Source: a virus (lineage: Duplodnaviria; Caudoviricetes). From it: 64,000 bases of DNA. A model generated the notes under the pieces. That model ran no database searches. It was not told where the DNA came from and was given only the letters and a program-made list of their open reading frames with translations. Shown here in pieces: positions 28,101 to 36,931 of the stretch; the first letter of the stretch is position 1; every line of letters starts with the position of its first letter. The DNA lies in IMG/VR virus record IMGVR_UViG_3300031994_000033, positions 67,627 to 131,626 of that record, one strand, 5' to 3'. The translations under genes and the position numbers were made by a program.

Positions 28101-29554
28101 CTAACTGCATCGGCAACATCAGTACCCTTAATCGTGGATGTCTGAATCTTCGCATTGTCGGCGTCACGTATGACAACATAGTCATTACCAGCAGCTGCAG
28201 CTGCTGTATCAGTAAGTGTACCACCATTAGCAATATTTCCGTGCGAATGCGACGCCGGGGTTACTCCAGAAATAGTAACTTCTTCTATACTAGTAACGTG
28301 ACCTGTTGAATCAGTAGTTATCTTAGGAACTTTTGTAGCAGAGCCTTTTGATGAATACGCAGTATGTGTAGGATGCGTATATACAGTAGTATCGGTTCCA
28401 TTTATCTTAATCTTTCCGTTGGTAGTAGATGCCTCAACTTTAGTAGCACCTGATGCAATTCTGTCTAATTTAGTTCTATCCGCCTTAGATAATCTAGGAA
28501 CTTCCGTCAAATTAGTTCCGTCATAATAGTAGACCGGATGATATGGAACAAGGCACAGTTGATACTCAGTAGAATACGTTAAACCTAAGAATATATAGTA
28601 TTTACCGCTTTCTAATGTTTGGGTAATGCATTTTGTCGTTGGTGACCAAAACCCATCTTCATCTATAGTACATTCTATATACAAGGGAGAATCAACTGAA
28701 AATGCAGTTGTATGATTATGTGAATATCTAGTATCAATGGCCGTCAATGCATTAAATGTTGCATAGGTAGAAGAAACTCTAGCATTTGCAGCTGCGGTGT
28801 TATTACCATTATAGAATAGAATAACAGGACTTAATTTAAATTTTCCAGATGTATTGATTGTCTTACTAGTTCCTGTTCCAGAACCAGAACTAATTAGCAT
28901 TGAAAATTTATTATCTTTATCTAAGCAAATCAAAGAATACGGATTACATCCTGTAGAACCTGCATAAAATCTCCCGTTTTCGTGACGAAGTTGATTTACA
29001 CTATTGCCAGAGTCATAGTCATTTATAACTCGCCAACAACCTGATGTGTAGTTTTGTCTTGCAGTAGCGCCAGCAGGCGGGAAGCAACTATCAACACAGC
29101 CTGAGTTAGTAATACCAGAAGCCGCACCCTCAAATACAACACAGATATATGCACCATTAGGGTATTGAGTTCCTAAACGAGATTTACCTGTATGTCTAGC
29201 AACAGGGAAGTAAGTAGTTCCATTGTCAGTTGATATGAATACACCATAATCGTGACCTGCAACAGGTATTCGTATACAAATCTTATCGCCAGCCGTTGGG
29301 GTTGCAATTCCGAGATTAAACTTCCACAAAGCAGGATAGTATAATGTAGAAGAGCCTGAACCTGAAGTTGTAGCCGCAGTACCCGTACCAGTAATAACTT
29401 GACTGATAGGCTTTTCTAATGTAAGCCTGCCTGTCATTGTATCACCAGACTTAGATACTTTTCCGTTAATTTTAGTTTCTAGTGGTGAGGACGGAACAAC
29501 CTCAGAGGCTGCTATAAGATTACCATTTATCTTTTTTGTGTAAGTATCGCTCAT
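25133..29554 (-). CDS. Long tail fibre protein (1473 aa) with repeated shaft modules
   Basis: T/S/G/A-rich; HTHGNIT and KYISAISETDGKISATATTMDT modules; VSKSGDTMTG motif. Confidence 0.85.
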   Translation of the reverse strand: MSDTYTKKINGNLIAASEVVPSSPLETKINGKVSKSGDTMTGRLTLEKPISQVITGTGTAATTSGSGSSTLYYPALWKFNLGIATPTAGDKICIRIPVAGHDYGVFISTDNGTTYFPVARHTGKSRLGTQYPNGAYICVVFEGAASGITNSGCVDSCFPPAGATARQNYTSGCWRVINDYDSGNSVNQLRHENGRFYAGSTGCNPYSLICLDKDNKFSMLISSGSGTGTSKTINTSGKFKLSPVILFYNGNNTAAANARVSSTYATFNALTAIDTRYSHNHTTAFSVDSPLYIECTIDEDGFWSPTTKCITQTLESGKYYIFLGLTYSTEYQLCLVPYHPVYYYDGTNLTEVPRLSKADRTKLDRIASGATKVEASTTNGKIKINGTDTTVYTHPTHTAYSSKGSATKVPKITTDSTGHVTSIEEVTISGVTPASHSHGNIANGGTLTDTAAAAAGNDYVVIRDADNAKIQTSTIKGTDVADAVSKKHSHSTLTLSTTAQAYDGSHTLALPSTDPYTSARTPTSHTHGNITNGGALQTNDITIASGDKLVVTDADNSNKVARASISFDGSTTTTALTPKGTFEAFAKSGDITSAIQALDVGSVGGAGKYISAISETDGKISATATTMDTTPTANSTNAITSGAVKTALETKLNWMDGTFERSANTGNGWAKIASMSRTWTWTNLSGIWDVVYLATDMAYRSTLELTIRFDSTYGAKARRYNHIVTVDNSSQLKFAIYINGTNNTASTVELWAYLSNTWHGVGIREIGGDYYQPDNKPGWTYYNTSGGGGDKPTADVENNKQVVDFATTLLSNSTHTHGNITSAGALQTTDVAIASGDKLVITDSSDSNKVARASISFDGSTTTQALTPKGTFESFAKAGDITTAIQALDVSSVGGAGKYVSAISETDGKISATATTMDTAPTASSTNAVTSGGIKTALDNAVANINKRYPFGVRNNRTTSYGYRLFNVKFSTAQSATRVRISGNIVVGTTGDNEHISFDLVIANVNAVENNPSSINLITTSTRRGSRVVRLAYKRPSNWADGLDVFILWNAEGTATAANDTYGWEITQQESTLSSGVEVKDENLTSALTGFTLDTPRTAAITEGTSAIGSTSVPVYANENGVITPCNDDFVHDGDVTSTYSSTGTAPVNGTAVAAAIGGLDVDSVGGDGKYISAISETNGKISATATTMDTTPTASSTKAVTSGGIKTALDGKVKIANTSLEAQTTTLLAQVQAMAAAGTHYARFYTRTDGGSANISDKPESGSKGFVCEVVCKRYNNSSDYRYNLTCWVQGSSSPYVASVGNSTTGITWTKLSETNHTHTTSIAADSSSGTVVSLAHNTQYKLTTGGTSVLFKTPADTKVTQTKDDNGTTAYPLLMAGATDPNGTATTARYDSGVKLTPSTNTISANISGTADTAKNYDSSGGTIQSTFSSVNSSLQSLSGRVSSIENALGGYKIVVGSLGQDTDTIYFVKT
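25923..27985 (-). repeat. Three dispersed copies of a fibre shaft module (about 25923-26088, 26739-27116, 27608-27985)
   Basis: LDV.SVGG.GKY.SAISET.GKISATATTMDT.PTA.ST.A.TSG..KTAL x3; two copies extend to HTHGNIT..GALQT. Confidence 0.85.
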
Positions 29555-29623
29555 AATATATCCACATATTTTAATAAGATTTATAAAATAAGTGTTACTA
29601 TTAAAAACATAGTAACCCTATAG

Positions 29624-30823
29624 TTAAATAGTGGCAGTTTCAACAGTTACTACACCATAAGTAGAAGCATTCGCAACAGAGATAGAGGCTACTTTAGAAG
29701 AATTAACTACTGAAGTTCCGTTGACTTTGACATCTTGAACTGCGGAATCTGCTTTAGTGCCTTGTGCGGCAGTAGCAAAGTCAGCAGCCTTCTTTCCGCT
29801 GTCTGTCAGATTTCCGTTGGCGTCGAGTCCAGCGAAGTTTCCGTTAGTAGCGCTAGAGACTTTGTCAGCTTTGTTGCTCAGTCCCGGAACGGCTCCCCAA
29901 GATGCAGTACCTGAAGAATTGCCATATACAAGAACCTGACCACTTGAACCACCACTAGGAACGTGTTTGTTACCAGCAGATGTTGGGTGAGTGTACTTGT
30001 TGAATGTATTAGTGCCGTCTGATACAGATGTGCTAGTTACGGTGATCTCTTTCAGAGTGTCGAGCTTGCTCTTGTCAGCAGCAGTCATGAGACCGTTCGT
30101 CTCGCCCGTTTCTCCAGTAGCTACGGCGTTCGGAATCGTAACGACTCCTGAAGCTGGAGTCATAGAGCTTGCAGCGCCCTCGAGCTTGACACCTTGAATA
30201 GAGCTGTCTGCTTTTCCGAGAGAGGTCTGAACCGCCGAAGCGAGATCAGACTTAGGAATTCCTGTGCTGGGCTTCGAGTACTTTCCGTTTGCGAGATCGT
30301 AAGCCTCCTTCACGTTTTTCGGTGTAGCGGCTTTCGTGGTGCTGGTGCTGGTATGTGAGTCTTCAAGCTGTACAACGCCTTTCAGAGATGTAGAAGCTGA
30401 CTGGATGTCGCTAGCTGTAGCGGAGATCTCGCCGTTTGCGTTCTGAGTGAGAGCAGTGATCGTCTTCAGCGTTCCTAGACCAGAAGCCGTGTAAGCGGTC
30501 TGCTTAGTCTTGTACCCGCTCAGATCCATAGTGGTCTCGCCGATGACCTCCCATTTGCTAGCGACTGCAGCTTCTCCATTGTTTCCTGTGTAGATCCACT
30601 CGGTGTAAGGGTCGGTAAGAGCAGACGAAGTGTCTTTAGTCAGATAGATGATCTTCGTCGACGGTTTAGCGACATCGGGCTTTCCGCTCTGATTGAGACC
30701 GACTACTTCGAAAGTGCCGGACACTAGCGATGAGATCTTCGTCGCTAACGGCGAGTCTGGAACGACTTCCGAAGCTGCTAGCGGCTTCGCATTTACTTTA
30801 GTTACGTATTCAGTAGAGGCCAT
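29624..30823 (-). CDS. Tail fibre protein (399 aa)
   Basis: ASTSLKGVVQL...AATPKNVKEAYD tail-fibre repeat; NGNFAGLDANGNLTDSG. Confidence 0.8.
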   Translation of the reverse strand: MASTEYVTKVNAKPLAASEVVPDSPLATKISSLVSGTFEVVGLNQSGKPDVAKPSTKIIYLTKDTSSALTDPYTEWIYTGNNGEAAVASKWEVIGETTMDLSGYKTKQTAYTASGLGTLKTITALTQNANGEISATASDIQSASTSLKGVVQLEDSHTSTSTTKAATPKNVKEAYDLANGKYSKPSTGIPKSDLASAVQTSLGKADSSIQGVKLEGAASSMTPASGVVTIPNAVATGETGETNGLMTAADKSKLDTLKEITVTSTSVSDGTNTFNKYTHPTSAGNKHVPSGGSSGQVLVYGNSSGTASWGAVPGLSNKADKVSSATNGNFAGLDANGNLTDSGKKAADFATAAQGTKADSAVQDVKVNGTSVVNSSKVASISVANASTYGVVTVETATI

Positions 30824-30862
30824 ATCAGCTCTTCTCCTTGTAATTTCTAATCTCGTTTGTCA

Positions 30863-31375
30863 TCATAGACTCTTTGTTCTGCATCTCTCATGAAGATCTA
30901 CTTGTAGTCTGTTGTCTCTCGTGAATAGAGCGCTAGAAGTGTAAGTGCACTCAGCGTCGGGATCGTCAGAAGGGACATCGATCGTCTCAGACAGAGACTG
31001 AAACTCCATCGCTGCTATCTCATCTCCAGAGTACCATATCTTGCTCAGCTCGAAGCAGCTCCAGTCTGATCCGTCTTCGTTAGAGACTCTCAAAGTCAGT
31101 CCATAGTCTTTAGCAATCGCCTGAGAAGCTTCTAGAAAGCTGTGATTCAAGCTATATCCAGAACCTCTCTTCTTCGCTCTGATGACCATGTATGCCGATC
31201 CGTTAGAGCTTGGCACTACGAACCGGACTGGAATCTTGTAAGTCAGCTTGTCTGGACCAGTGACTGGGAGAGCGCCGCTGTCTAGAAACGATCTAAGCTG
31301 CTTCTCAGACCAAGCGCTCGGTACTGAGTCTAGCTGGCTTATTCTTCTAGCTCTCTTAGTAGTCACCATAGTCAT
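30863..31375 (-). CDS. Hypothetical late protein
   Basis: First gene after the minus-strand TATAAATA; RISQL motif. Confidence 0.65.
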   Translation of the reverse strand: MTMVTTKRARRISQLDSVPSAWSEKQLRSFLDSGALPVTGPDKLTYKIPVRFVVPSSNGSAYMVIRAKKRGSGYSLNHSFLEASQAIAKDYGLTLRVSNEDGSDWSCFELSKIWYSGDEIAAMEFQSLSETIDVPSDDPDAECTYTSSALFTRDNRLQVDLHERCRTKSL

Positions 31376-31397
31376 GCTCCATTCAAAATGCTCTTAT

Positions 31398-31426
31398 TAT
31401 TTATATTCATTAAATCTGTATAAATA
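31398..31426. promoter_or_regulatory. Divergent pair of T4-type late promoters
   Basis: TATAAATA on minus (31405-31398) and plus (31419-31426) strands. Confidence 0.7.
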
Positions 31427-31465
31427 ACTAGTAAAAGGGTATAATTCAGCGGGACGGAAGAGAAA

Positions 31466-31789
31466 ATGGAAGCATATCTTGTCGAAGTAGCTAAGACGAA
31501 CTCGCCGACTCTGCTCATCTGCGGAGGTCTGATCGGTCTAGTATACTATCTGATCAAAGCCCAGCGTGAGAAGACGGCGGCTAAGAGGGACTCTGAGAAG
31601 AAAGACACGGATCTTCAGCTAGCGCTTCAAGCTAAGGACATCGAGAATCTGAAGGCTCAGGTCGCTATGCAGTCTAGCCGTTGGGAGACACTGCAGGATA
31701 CGCTCGGCAAGATGAACGAGAACTTGGCCGCTATTCGAGAGAACATATCGAACTTAGACGCACGTATCGACAGACTAGAGAACAGGTAG
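31466..31789 (+). CDS. Single-TM coiled-coil protein (holin/spanin-like candidate)
   Basis: TM segment LLICGGLIGLVYYLI followed by heptads; late promoter. Confidence 0.55.
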   Translation: MEAYLVEVAKTNSPTLLICGGLIGLVYYLIKAQREKTAAKRDSEKKDTDLQLALQAKDIENLKAQVAMQSSRWETLQDTLGKMNENLAAIRENISNLDARIDRLENR

Positions 31790-31844
31790 TTAACAGTCTG
31801 AGAACGAAAAGTTCGTATGTAAAGAAAAAGTAATGATTTAGCGG

Positions 31845-31874
31845 TTTACGAATATCCAAATAAATGTCTAAATT
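31845..31874 (+). promoter_or_regulatory. sigma70-like promoter
   Basis: TTTACG-N18-TAAATT. Confidence 0.5.
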
Positions 31875-31935
31875 GATAATGTAGAAGAGATCACGACCTG
31901 GTCTCTCTTTTAATTCTATAGACTAGAGGTAGACT

Positions 31936-32109
31936 ATGAACTTAGAATCGATAAATCTGGACGAACCGTTGGACGAAGCGACGCGAACCTTCATCCGTCT
32001 GGTGTATCATGAGCAAGTCAAGGAATGGCTTAGAGAGGCGTTCCTCTATCCGATGACGCTTCTCGTCTCGTATGTCTCTATACTTCTTCTGTTCGATAAG
32101 ATTTTATAA
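31936..32109 (+). CDS. Small protein (57 aa) with hydrophobic C-terminus, not in the ORF track
   Basis: GAGG RBS; MNLESINLDEPL...LLVSYVSILLLFDKIL. Confidence 0.55.
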   Translation: MNLESINLDEPLDEATRTFIRLVYHEQVKEWLREAFLYPMTLLVSYVSILLLFDKIL

Positions 32110-32198
32110 ATGACTGTGTATAGAAAAATACTCTGCTAAATCATAGTGCAGTTTTCACAAATCTATCAAATAAAACTTATATTTTGAAGAACTAAGAT

Positions 32199-33056
32199 AT
32201 GGTTGAATTCGACACGATAGATACTCCGAGCTACATCCGCAGCAAGCTCAAGGACTACATTCACATGGAGCCCAGAGAGGAAGAGTCTGTGATAAGCATC
32301 ATGCTGGATCCGAAGTATGAGCGTCGCATCAGAGACGCTGCGAGAAACAAGCTCGTTCAGTCTCATGCCAGGCTGATGTACAGCGTAGCGCACATGTATG
32401 CTAGAAGATACAACAAGCAGGTAGGCGATCTGTTCCAAGCAGCCTATATCGGCATGTTCAACGCGACGCTAAAGTATGATCCGAAAAGAGGAGTCAAGTT
32501 CACGTCGTTCGCCATCTGGTGGATCACTCAGAAGATACAAGAAGAGATCTATGTAGAGAACTGCAAAGTCCACTGTCCCATGTACAGCAAAGCTGAAGCT
32601 GAGCGACACAAAGACTCGTCTAATCTAGACCTCGAAGACAGCTCTGGTCGAAAGTTCCTTCACGCTATGCCGATAGTCATATCGACAGAGACTCCGCTAT
32701 ACAACGGAGATAGCGCTATTGAAGAGGGTCAGCTTACGCTAATAGACTCGATCAAGTCGATCGACAATGGAATAGACCATCTGTTCACTGAAGAAGAAGA
32801 CCGTAAGCTGGGAATACTGCTGAAGGGTATTCTAGAAAGCAAAGAGTACTCTATGATCAAAGACAGCTACTATTACGGGCTGACTCAGAATCAGATCGGC
32901 GAGAAGCACGGCCTGTCTGGAGAGCGCATCAGACAGAAGAAGGGAAGAGCGCAAGTCATCGCTAGAAACGCTCTTAGAAAGCTGATGAAGGAACACAAGT
33001 TCGCTTACACGAACGATGCGAAAGAGTGCAGCATAGCTAAAGTTTTCGAGGTATAA
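32199..33056 (+). CDS. RNA polymerase sigma70-family factor (RpoD/RpoS-like, regions 2-4)
   Basis: DLFQAAYIGM..A..KYDPKRGVKFTSFAIWWI (region 2); LTQNQIG...GLSGERIRQ (region 4). Confidence 0.9.
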   Translation: MVEFDTIDTPSYIRSKLKDYIHMEPREEESVISIMLDPKYERRIRDAARNKLVQSHARLMYSVAHMYARRYNKQVGDLFQAAYIGMFNATLKYDPKRGVKFTSFAIWWITQKIQEEIYVENCKVHCPMYSKAEAERHKDSSNLDLEDSSGRKFLHAMPIVISTETPLYNGDSAIEEGQLTLIDSIKSIDNGIDHLFTEEEDRKLGILLKGILESKEYSMIKDSYYYGLTQNQIGEKHGLSGERIRQKKGRAQVIARNALRKLMKEHKFAYTNDAKECSIAKVFEV

Positions 33057-33347
33057 ATGTATAGTGGAAAAATTTCAGAGAAAGGAGAAAGAACTGATAT
33101 GATGAAGATGTTTACAGTAGTCAGAATCTTTCTAGAGAGATACTTCAGCGGCGCTAAGAACGGACGATTCTATCGACCCGAGTTCGCAGACAGCATGCTG
33201 TCTGTCTGGTATGGACTCAGCGAGGGCGAGAGAACGCTAGTTCTGAACTACGCGAGAAGAGACGATCTGATCAGCTTAGAGAATCTTCTGAGAAGAATCG
33301 ACGAAGAGGACAAAGCGAAAGAAGAGAAAGATTCTGAGCAAGAATAA
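33057..33347 (+). CDS. Hypothetical protein
   Basis: ORF in operon; real start possibly at the MMKMF codons. Confidence 0.6.
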   Translation: MYSGKISEKGERTDMMKMFTVVRIFLERYFSGAKNGRFYRPEFADSMLSVWYGLSEGERTLVLNYARRDDLISLENLLRRIDEEDKAKEEKDSEQE

Positions 33348-33380
33348 ACTTAAATTTTGAAAAACTAGAGGAGATCTGCT

Positions 33381-33806
33381 ATGAAGTCACTAATCGACAG
33401 ACAAGAGATCAAGAAAGGGCTAGAAGATCCTAATGTGGACACTAGCGACTACAAGAGAGCTAAGAAGAGGTTCGATGAAGCTAAGGCGAACTATCGTTCG
33501 GAGAAACAGTCTTACAACAGGTTCATCCGATACAAGATGAACCGAATGAACGTGAATACGATTGGGATGCTCAGCAAGCTGTATAAGTCACTGAAGAAAG
33601 CTAGAGACAGATACTGCGAAGCTAAGGTGAATCTGAACACGCTGACGATCACTACATTCTCAGAGAAGATCGATCTCGAAATGTCGATCAAATCGGCAAA
33701 GAACCTGTCCATCATGCTGTCGAAGATCGCAGATGACGATACGTTCGAAGAAGATGACGTCATCTCTGTATCGCTGTTCAAGAACAGTGAAGGGAGGGTT
33801 CTGTAG
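33381..33806 (+). CDS. Hypothetical basic helical protein
   Basis: GAGGAG RBS. Confidence 0.7.
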   Translation: MKSLIDRQEIKKGLEDPNVDTSDYKRAKKRFDEAKANYRSEKQSYNRFIRYKMNRMNVNTIGMLSKLYKSLKKARDRYCEAKVNLNTLTITTFSEKIDLEMSIKSAKNLSIMLSKIADDDTFEEDDVISVSLFKNSEGRVL

Positions 33807-34282
33807 TGGATAAGTTCGAAATCTTGTCTGGAGAAGTAGCTAGCGTCACTGTTCTCATCAAAGTGTTCGATGAAGCTTGCCGTCCTACCGTCAACGAGAA
33901 AGGGGACTGGATCGATCTGAGAGCAGCTGAAGACGTATTCATGGGAATGGGAGAATTCCGTCTCGTTCCGCTCGGCGTAGCTATGAAGCTGCCAGAGGGC
34001 TACGAAGCGCACATCGCTCCTCGCTCTTCGACATTCAAGAACTACGGAATCATCATGACCAACTCGGTCGGGATAGTAGACAACAGCTACTGTGGACCTA
34101 ACGACATGTGGAAGTTCCCTGCCCTGAAGATGGGATCTGGACAGAATGGTCCGCTCATCAAGAAGGGCGAGAGAATCTGTCAGTTCCGCATCGTCAAGAA
34201 GCAGCCCTCGATTCAGTTCGAAGACAGCACACTGCAATATCAGGAAGATCGTGGCGGATTCGGAAGCACGGGGGTCAAGTGA
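33806..34282 (+). CDS. dut: dUTPase (trimeric)
   Basis: DWIDLRA, APRSS, GIVDNSYCG, ERICQF, RGGFGSTG. Confidence 0.95.
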   Translation: MDKFEILSGEVASVTVLIKVFDEACRPTVNEKGDWIDLRAAEDVFMGMGEFRLVPLGVAMKLPEGYEAHIAPRSSTFKNYGIIMTNSVGIVDNSYCGPNDMWKFPALKMGSGQNGPLIKKGERICQFRIVKKQPSIQFEDSTLQYQEDRGGFGSTGVK

Positions 34283-34926
34283 TGGCTATTCAAGAGATGA
34301 ACAACAATGAATTCCACGGGGTATGCACTGAAGAGGGAATCAATGGAATGACCGTTGAAGTTCTGAAGTACCCCACTTCGATGGACTGGCAGTGGGTCAA
34401 GTTCCTTGCTCTCAACACTGTCGGCAAGAACTACATTCTCGATGACGGAAAGCCTCTCAGTGATGAGCTAAAAGTCAAATATCTTACTTCAGAGCACTCG
34501 CCTATCCGCTACCTCCAGTTCATTATTCGTATGCATATCCCGTACTGCGACTCTGTATGCTTCTGTCGTCATCACACTGGCGTAGAGCATTACGTCCAGT
34601 CGCAGCGCAACGATAGGCAGGACAAATATGACCGCTATCAGGAACCGCAGGGTCACTATGTCACCCACGTTATGGTCGTGAACGCTCAAGAGCTCATGTT
34701 CATGGCGAGAAAGAGACTCTGTCGCATGGCTTCTAAGAACTGTCAGAAGATCATGATGATGATACGCATGGCTGTTCTAAGCCATAACCCAGAGTTCGAG
34801 ACAGTGCTTGTTCCAAACTGCGAATATCTTCACAAGTGTCCAGAGTTCAAGAGCTGTGGATATTGGCACACCAGAGAAGTTCTAGCAGCTGCTGAACGCG
34901 CTTCAAAGATCGGAGAAGATAAATAG
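34282..34926 (+). CDS. thyX: Flavin-dependent thymidylate synthase ThyX-like
   Basis: EHSPI, RHH...QSQR, NAQEL...RLC, LVPNC; start reassigned to the TGATG overlap. Confidence 0.75.
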   Translation: MAIQEMNNNEFHGVCTEEGINGMTVEVLKYPTSMDWQWVKFLALNTVGKNYILDDGKPLSDELKVKYLTSEHSPIRYLQFIIRMHIPYCDSVCFCRHHTGVEHYVQSQRNDRQDKYDRYQEPQGHYVTHVMVVNAQELMFMARKRLCRMASKNCQKIMMMIRMAVLSHNPEFETVLVPNCEYLHKCPEFKSCGYWHTREVLAAAERASKIGEDK

Positions 34927-34931
34927 ATCGT

Positions 34932-35375
34932 ATGATGGTACTATTCACTTCTTTGGGATTCTTGTCAGCGATATGCTTCGGACTATGCACACTACCCCAG
35001 ATACTCAGAGTTAGAAAGAGAAAGAGCACAGCAGATATCAGCATGCTCTTTATTTTGATGTCACTTGTAGGAAATCTGAGTGCAGCTTCATATATCATAT
35101 ACTCGAACATTCAAGCTGACTTTTATCAATGGCCTCAATATCTCAACTACTCGGTCGCTACGACTCTAGTCATCATTCTGCTGTCGTTGAAGATCAAGTA
35201 TGATCGAGAGATTCTCATTCAGCAGTTCAGAAGGACTATATCTAATACGAAAGCGAGGCTATATAAGCGGCTGTTCGTTCATCAGCAGGACTTGGAAGAG
35301 CGCATAGCTCTGATCGTCATCTTCATGGCTTTCATATTCTCTATGATAATTCTATTTGGCTTCATAGATAAATAA
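34932..35375 (+). CDS. PQ-loop/SemiSWEET-like membrane protein
   Basis: LPQILRVRKRKSTADIS, WPQY.NY, 3-4 TM helices. Confidence 0.8.
   Translation: MMVLFTSLGFLSAICFGLCTLPQILRVRKRKSTADISMLFILMSLVGNLSAASYIIYSNIQADFYQWPQYLNYSVATTLVIILLSLKIKYDREILIQQFRRTISNTKARLYKRLFVHQQDLEERIALIVIFMAFIFSMIILFGFIDK
35367..35374 (+). promoter_or_regulatory. Late promoter GATAAATA
   Basis: Context GCTTCATAGATAAATAAA almost identical to that upstream of the gp21-like gene (43003-43022). Confidence 0.55.
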
Positions 35376-35388
35376 AGAGAGGTATGAC

Positions 35389-36261
35389 ATGAAGGGAAGA
35401 TGGAACTACTATCACAATTTTGACTATGGCAGCGATTGGCACCGAGGAAACAGAGGCGACCACGTCTCTGGTTGCGTAGATCCGAGCTCTTATGTGAGCG
35501 CATTTGACGTCCACAACAAGGCCATACGCAAGCTATCTCCGCTGTTCACTCGGTTGACTGATAGGCTCATCAAGCTTCCTGGAGTAGAATCGTTTAGCGA
35601 GGGAAACCGCCTTCTGAAGTGCAAACAGGACGATGGGTCTTTCAAGTACTTGAAGATCTTGGGATCTCTACAAGATGACTACGATCCATCAGAGAACGTC
35701 ACTAACTTGATCGACGGATATGGCGCAATTCTAGGAAATGATGAGTCTGTATGGGAACATCAACTTGCCGATCACAGCAAGGGCAAAGGTCTGATTCCTC
35801 TATACATCATGCCTGATGAACTGTCAGACGGCTCGATGAGAGAATTCCACAGCAGGTGCAAAGAAGCTCTGACTTATGACAATGTGATCTTGAGCAATCC
35901 TGCAGTGAAGGACGTCCTCAAAGACTTCTTGAACAAGGAAGCATTCAACAAGTTCTATCACATACACGAAGAGAAACCCAATGAAGTACATCAAGAGGTC
36001 GATGTCACATCTCGTGGTAAAGCTCTTGTTCGAGACTTCTGGAAAGCTCAGAAGGCTGTAAAGCAACACGAGGTCAATCCATTGTCTTTCTCTGATATTG
36101 AAGACTTAAAGAGTTTCATTGACACTGATGAGGGCTACACAGCATTCGGAAAATACTACAACTACGCTAAGAAGCTAGTCGGATCTTGGCTCGGCGAGTC
36201 TATGACTCTGAAAGATTCTCTTAAGCTTCTGCGTGAGAGCGGTTTTGAGGTTTATAGATGA
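35389..36261 (+). CDS. Hypothetical late protein, possible head internal protein
   Basis: C-terminal LGE|SMTLKDSLKLLRE|SGFEV. Confidence 0.7.
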   Translation: MKGRWNYYHNFDYGSDWHRGNRGDHVSGCVDPSSYVSAFDVHNKAIRKLSPLFTRLTDRLIKLPGVESFSEGNRLLKCKQDDGSFKYLKILGSLQDDYDPSENVTNLIDGYGAILGNDESVWEHQLADHSKGKGLIPLYIMPDELSDGSMREFHSRCKEALTYDNVILSNPAVKDVLKDFLNKEAFNKFYHIHEEKPNEVHQEVDVTSRGKALVRDFWKAQKAVKQHEVNPLSFSDIEDLKSFIDTDEGYTAFGKYYNYAKKLVGSWLGESMTLKDSLKLLRESGFEVYR

Positions 36262-36791
36262 CAGACAAGAAATTGACTTCTAACTTTAAGCTTTCGGAGT
36301 TCACTAAGAGTTATCCGACTGCTTATCAACTATCGCTGTTGAAGATCTTAGCGAACGAGCTTCAGATCGTCAGGGATGAGCTTCAGGCATATAAGTCTGG
36401 CATGAAGCCAGTCTCGATGGTTATCACGTCTGGTGTGAGAACTAAAGCTGACATCGATCGCTTGAAGAAAGAGGGCTACAATCCCGCTGAGAATTCAGAT
36501 CATCTGTGTGGCGTTCAGATCAATGGCATTCCAACGATAGGCGCAGCAGATATTCAATTCTATAACTGCTCACTGAGCACGAAGAAGATCGCACTGTTCA
36601 TCAAGGAGCTCGTTCTGGGCTACAAAGTGAACTTCGGTCAGGTGATCTATGAGAAGAACCCTAAGACTGGTTCTGAGTGGATTCATCTCGGAAACGATCC
36701 AGAGCTCATATTCAAGCCCGGAATTGAAGTCAAGAGAACCAAGTTTTTGATGAGCACAGACAACGGAAAGACGTATAAGACACTAAAATGA
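36258..36791 (+). CDS. Peptidase M15-family endolysin
   Basis: LTSNFKLSEF, ITSGVRT, SDH, AADI, WIHL zinc-peptidase motifs. Confidence 0.8.
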   Translation: MTDKKLTSNFKLSEFTKSYPTAYQLSLLKILANELQIVRDELQAYKSGMKPVSMVITSGVRTKADIDRLKKEGYNPAENSDHLCGVQINGIPTIGAADIQFYNCSLSTKKIALFIKELVLGYKVNFGQVIYEKNPKTGSEWIHLGNDPELIFKPGIEVKRTKFLMSTDNGKTYKTLK

Positions 36792-36931
36792 TCATGTTCT
36801 ATATCGTCATAGGAGTAGTAGTTCTATATCTCTGTCTATTGATCGCTTGCATTATAAAGTGTGTCAAGAGGTCTGACAAGCAGTTCAGGATAGTCGATTC
36901 GATTTTTGATGAGGACGAACACAATGGCTAA
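36788..36931 (+). CDS. Small single-TM protein (47 aa), not in the ORF track
   Basis: MIMFYIVIGVVVLYLCLLIACIIKC...; overlaps both neighbours. Confidence 0.55.
   Translation: MIMFYIVIGVVVLYLCLLIACIIKCVKRSDKQFRIVDSIFDEDEHNG

Noticed and set aside
17024-31375. Invertible tail-fibre locus (two convergent modules)
   Set aside because: No recombinase and no boundary inverted repeats found; each module has its own late promoter
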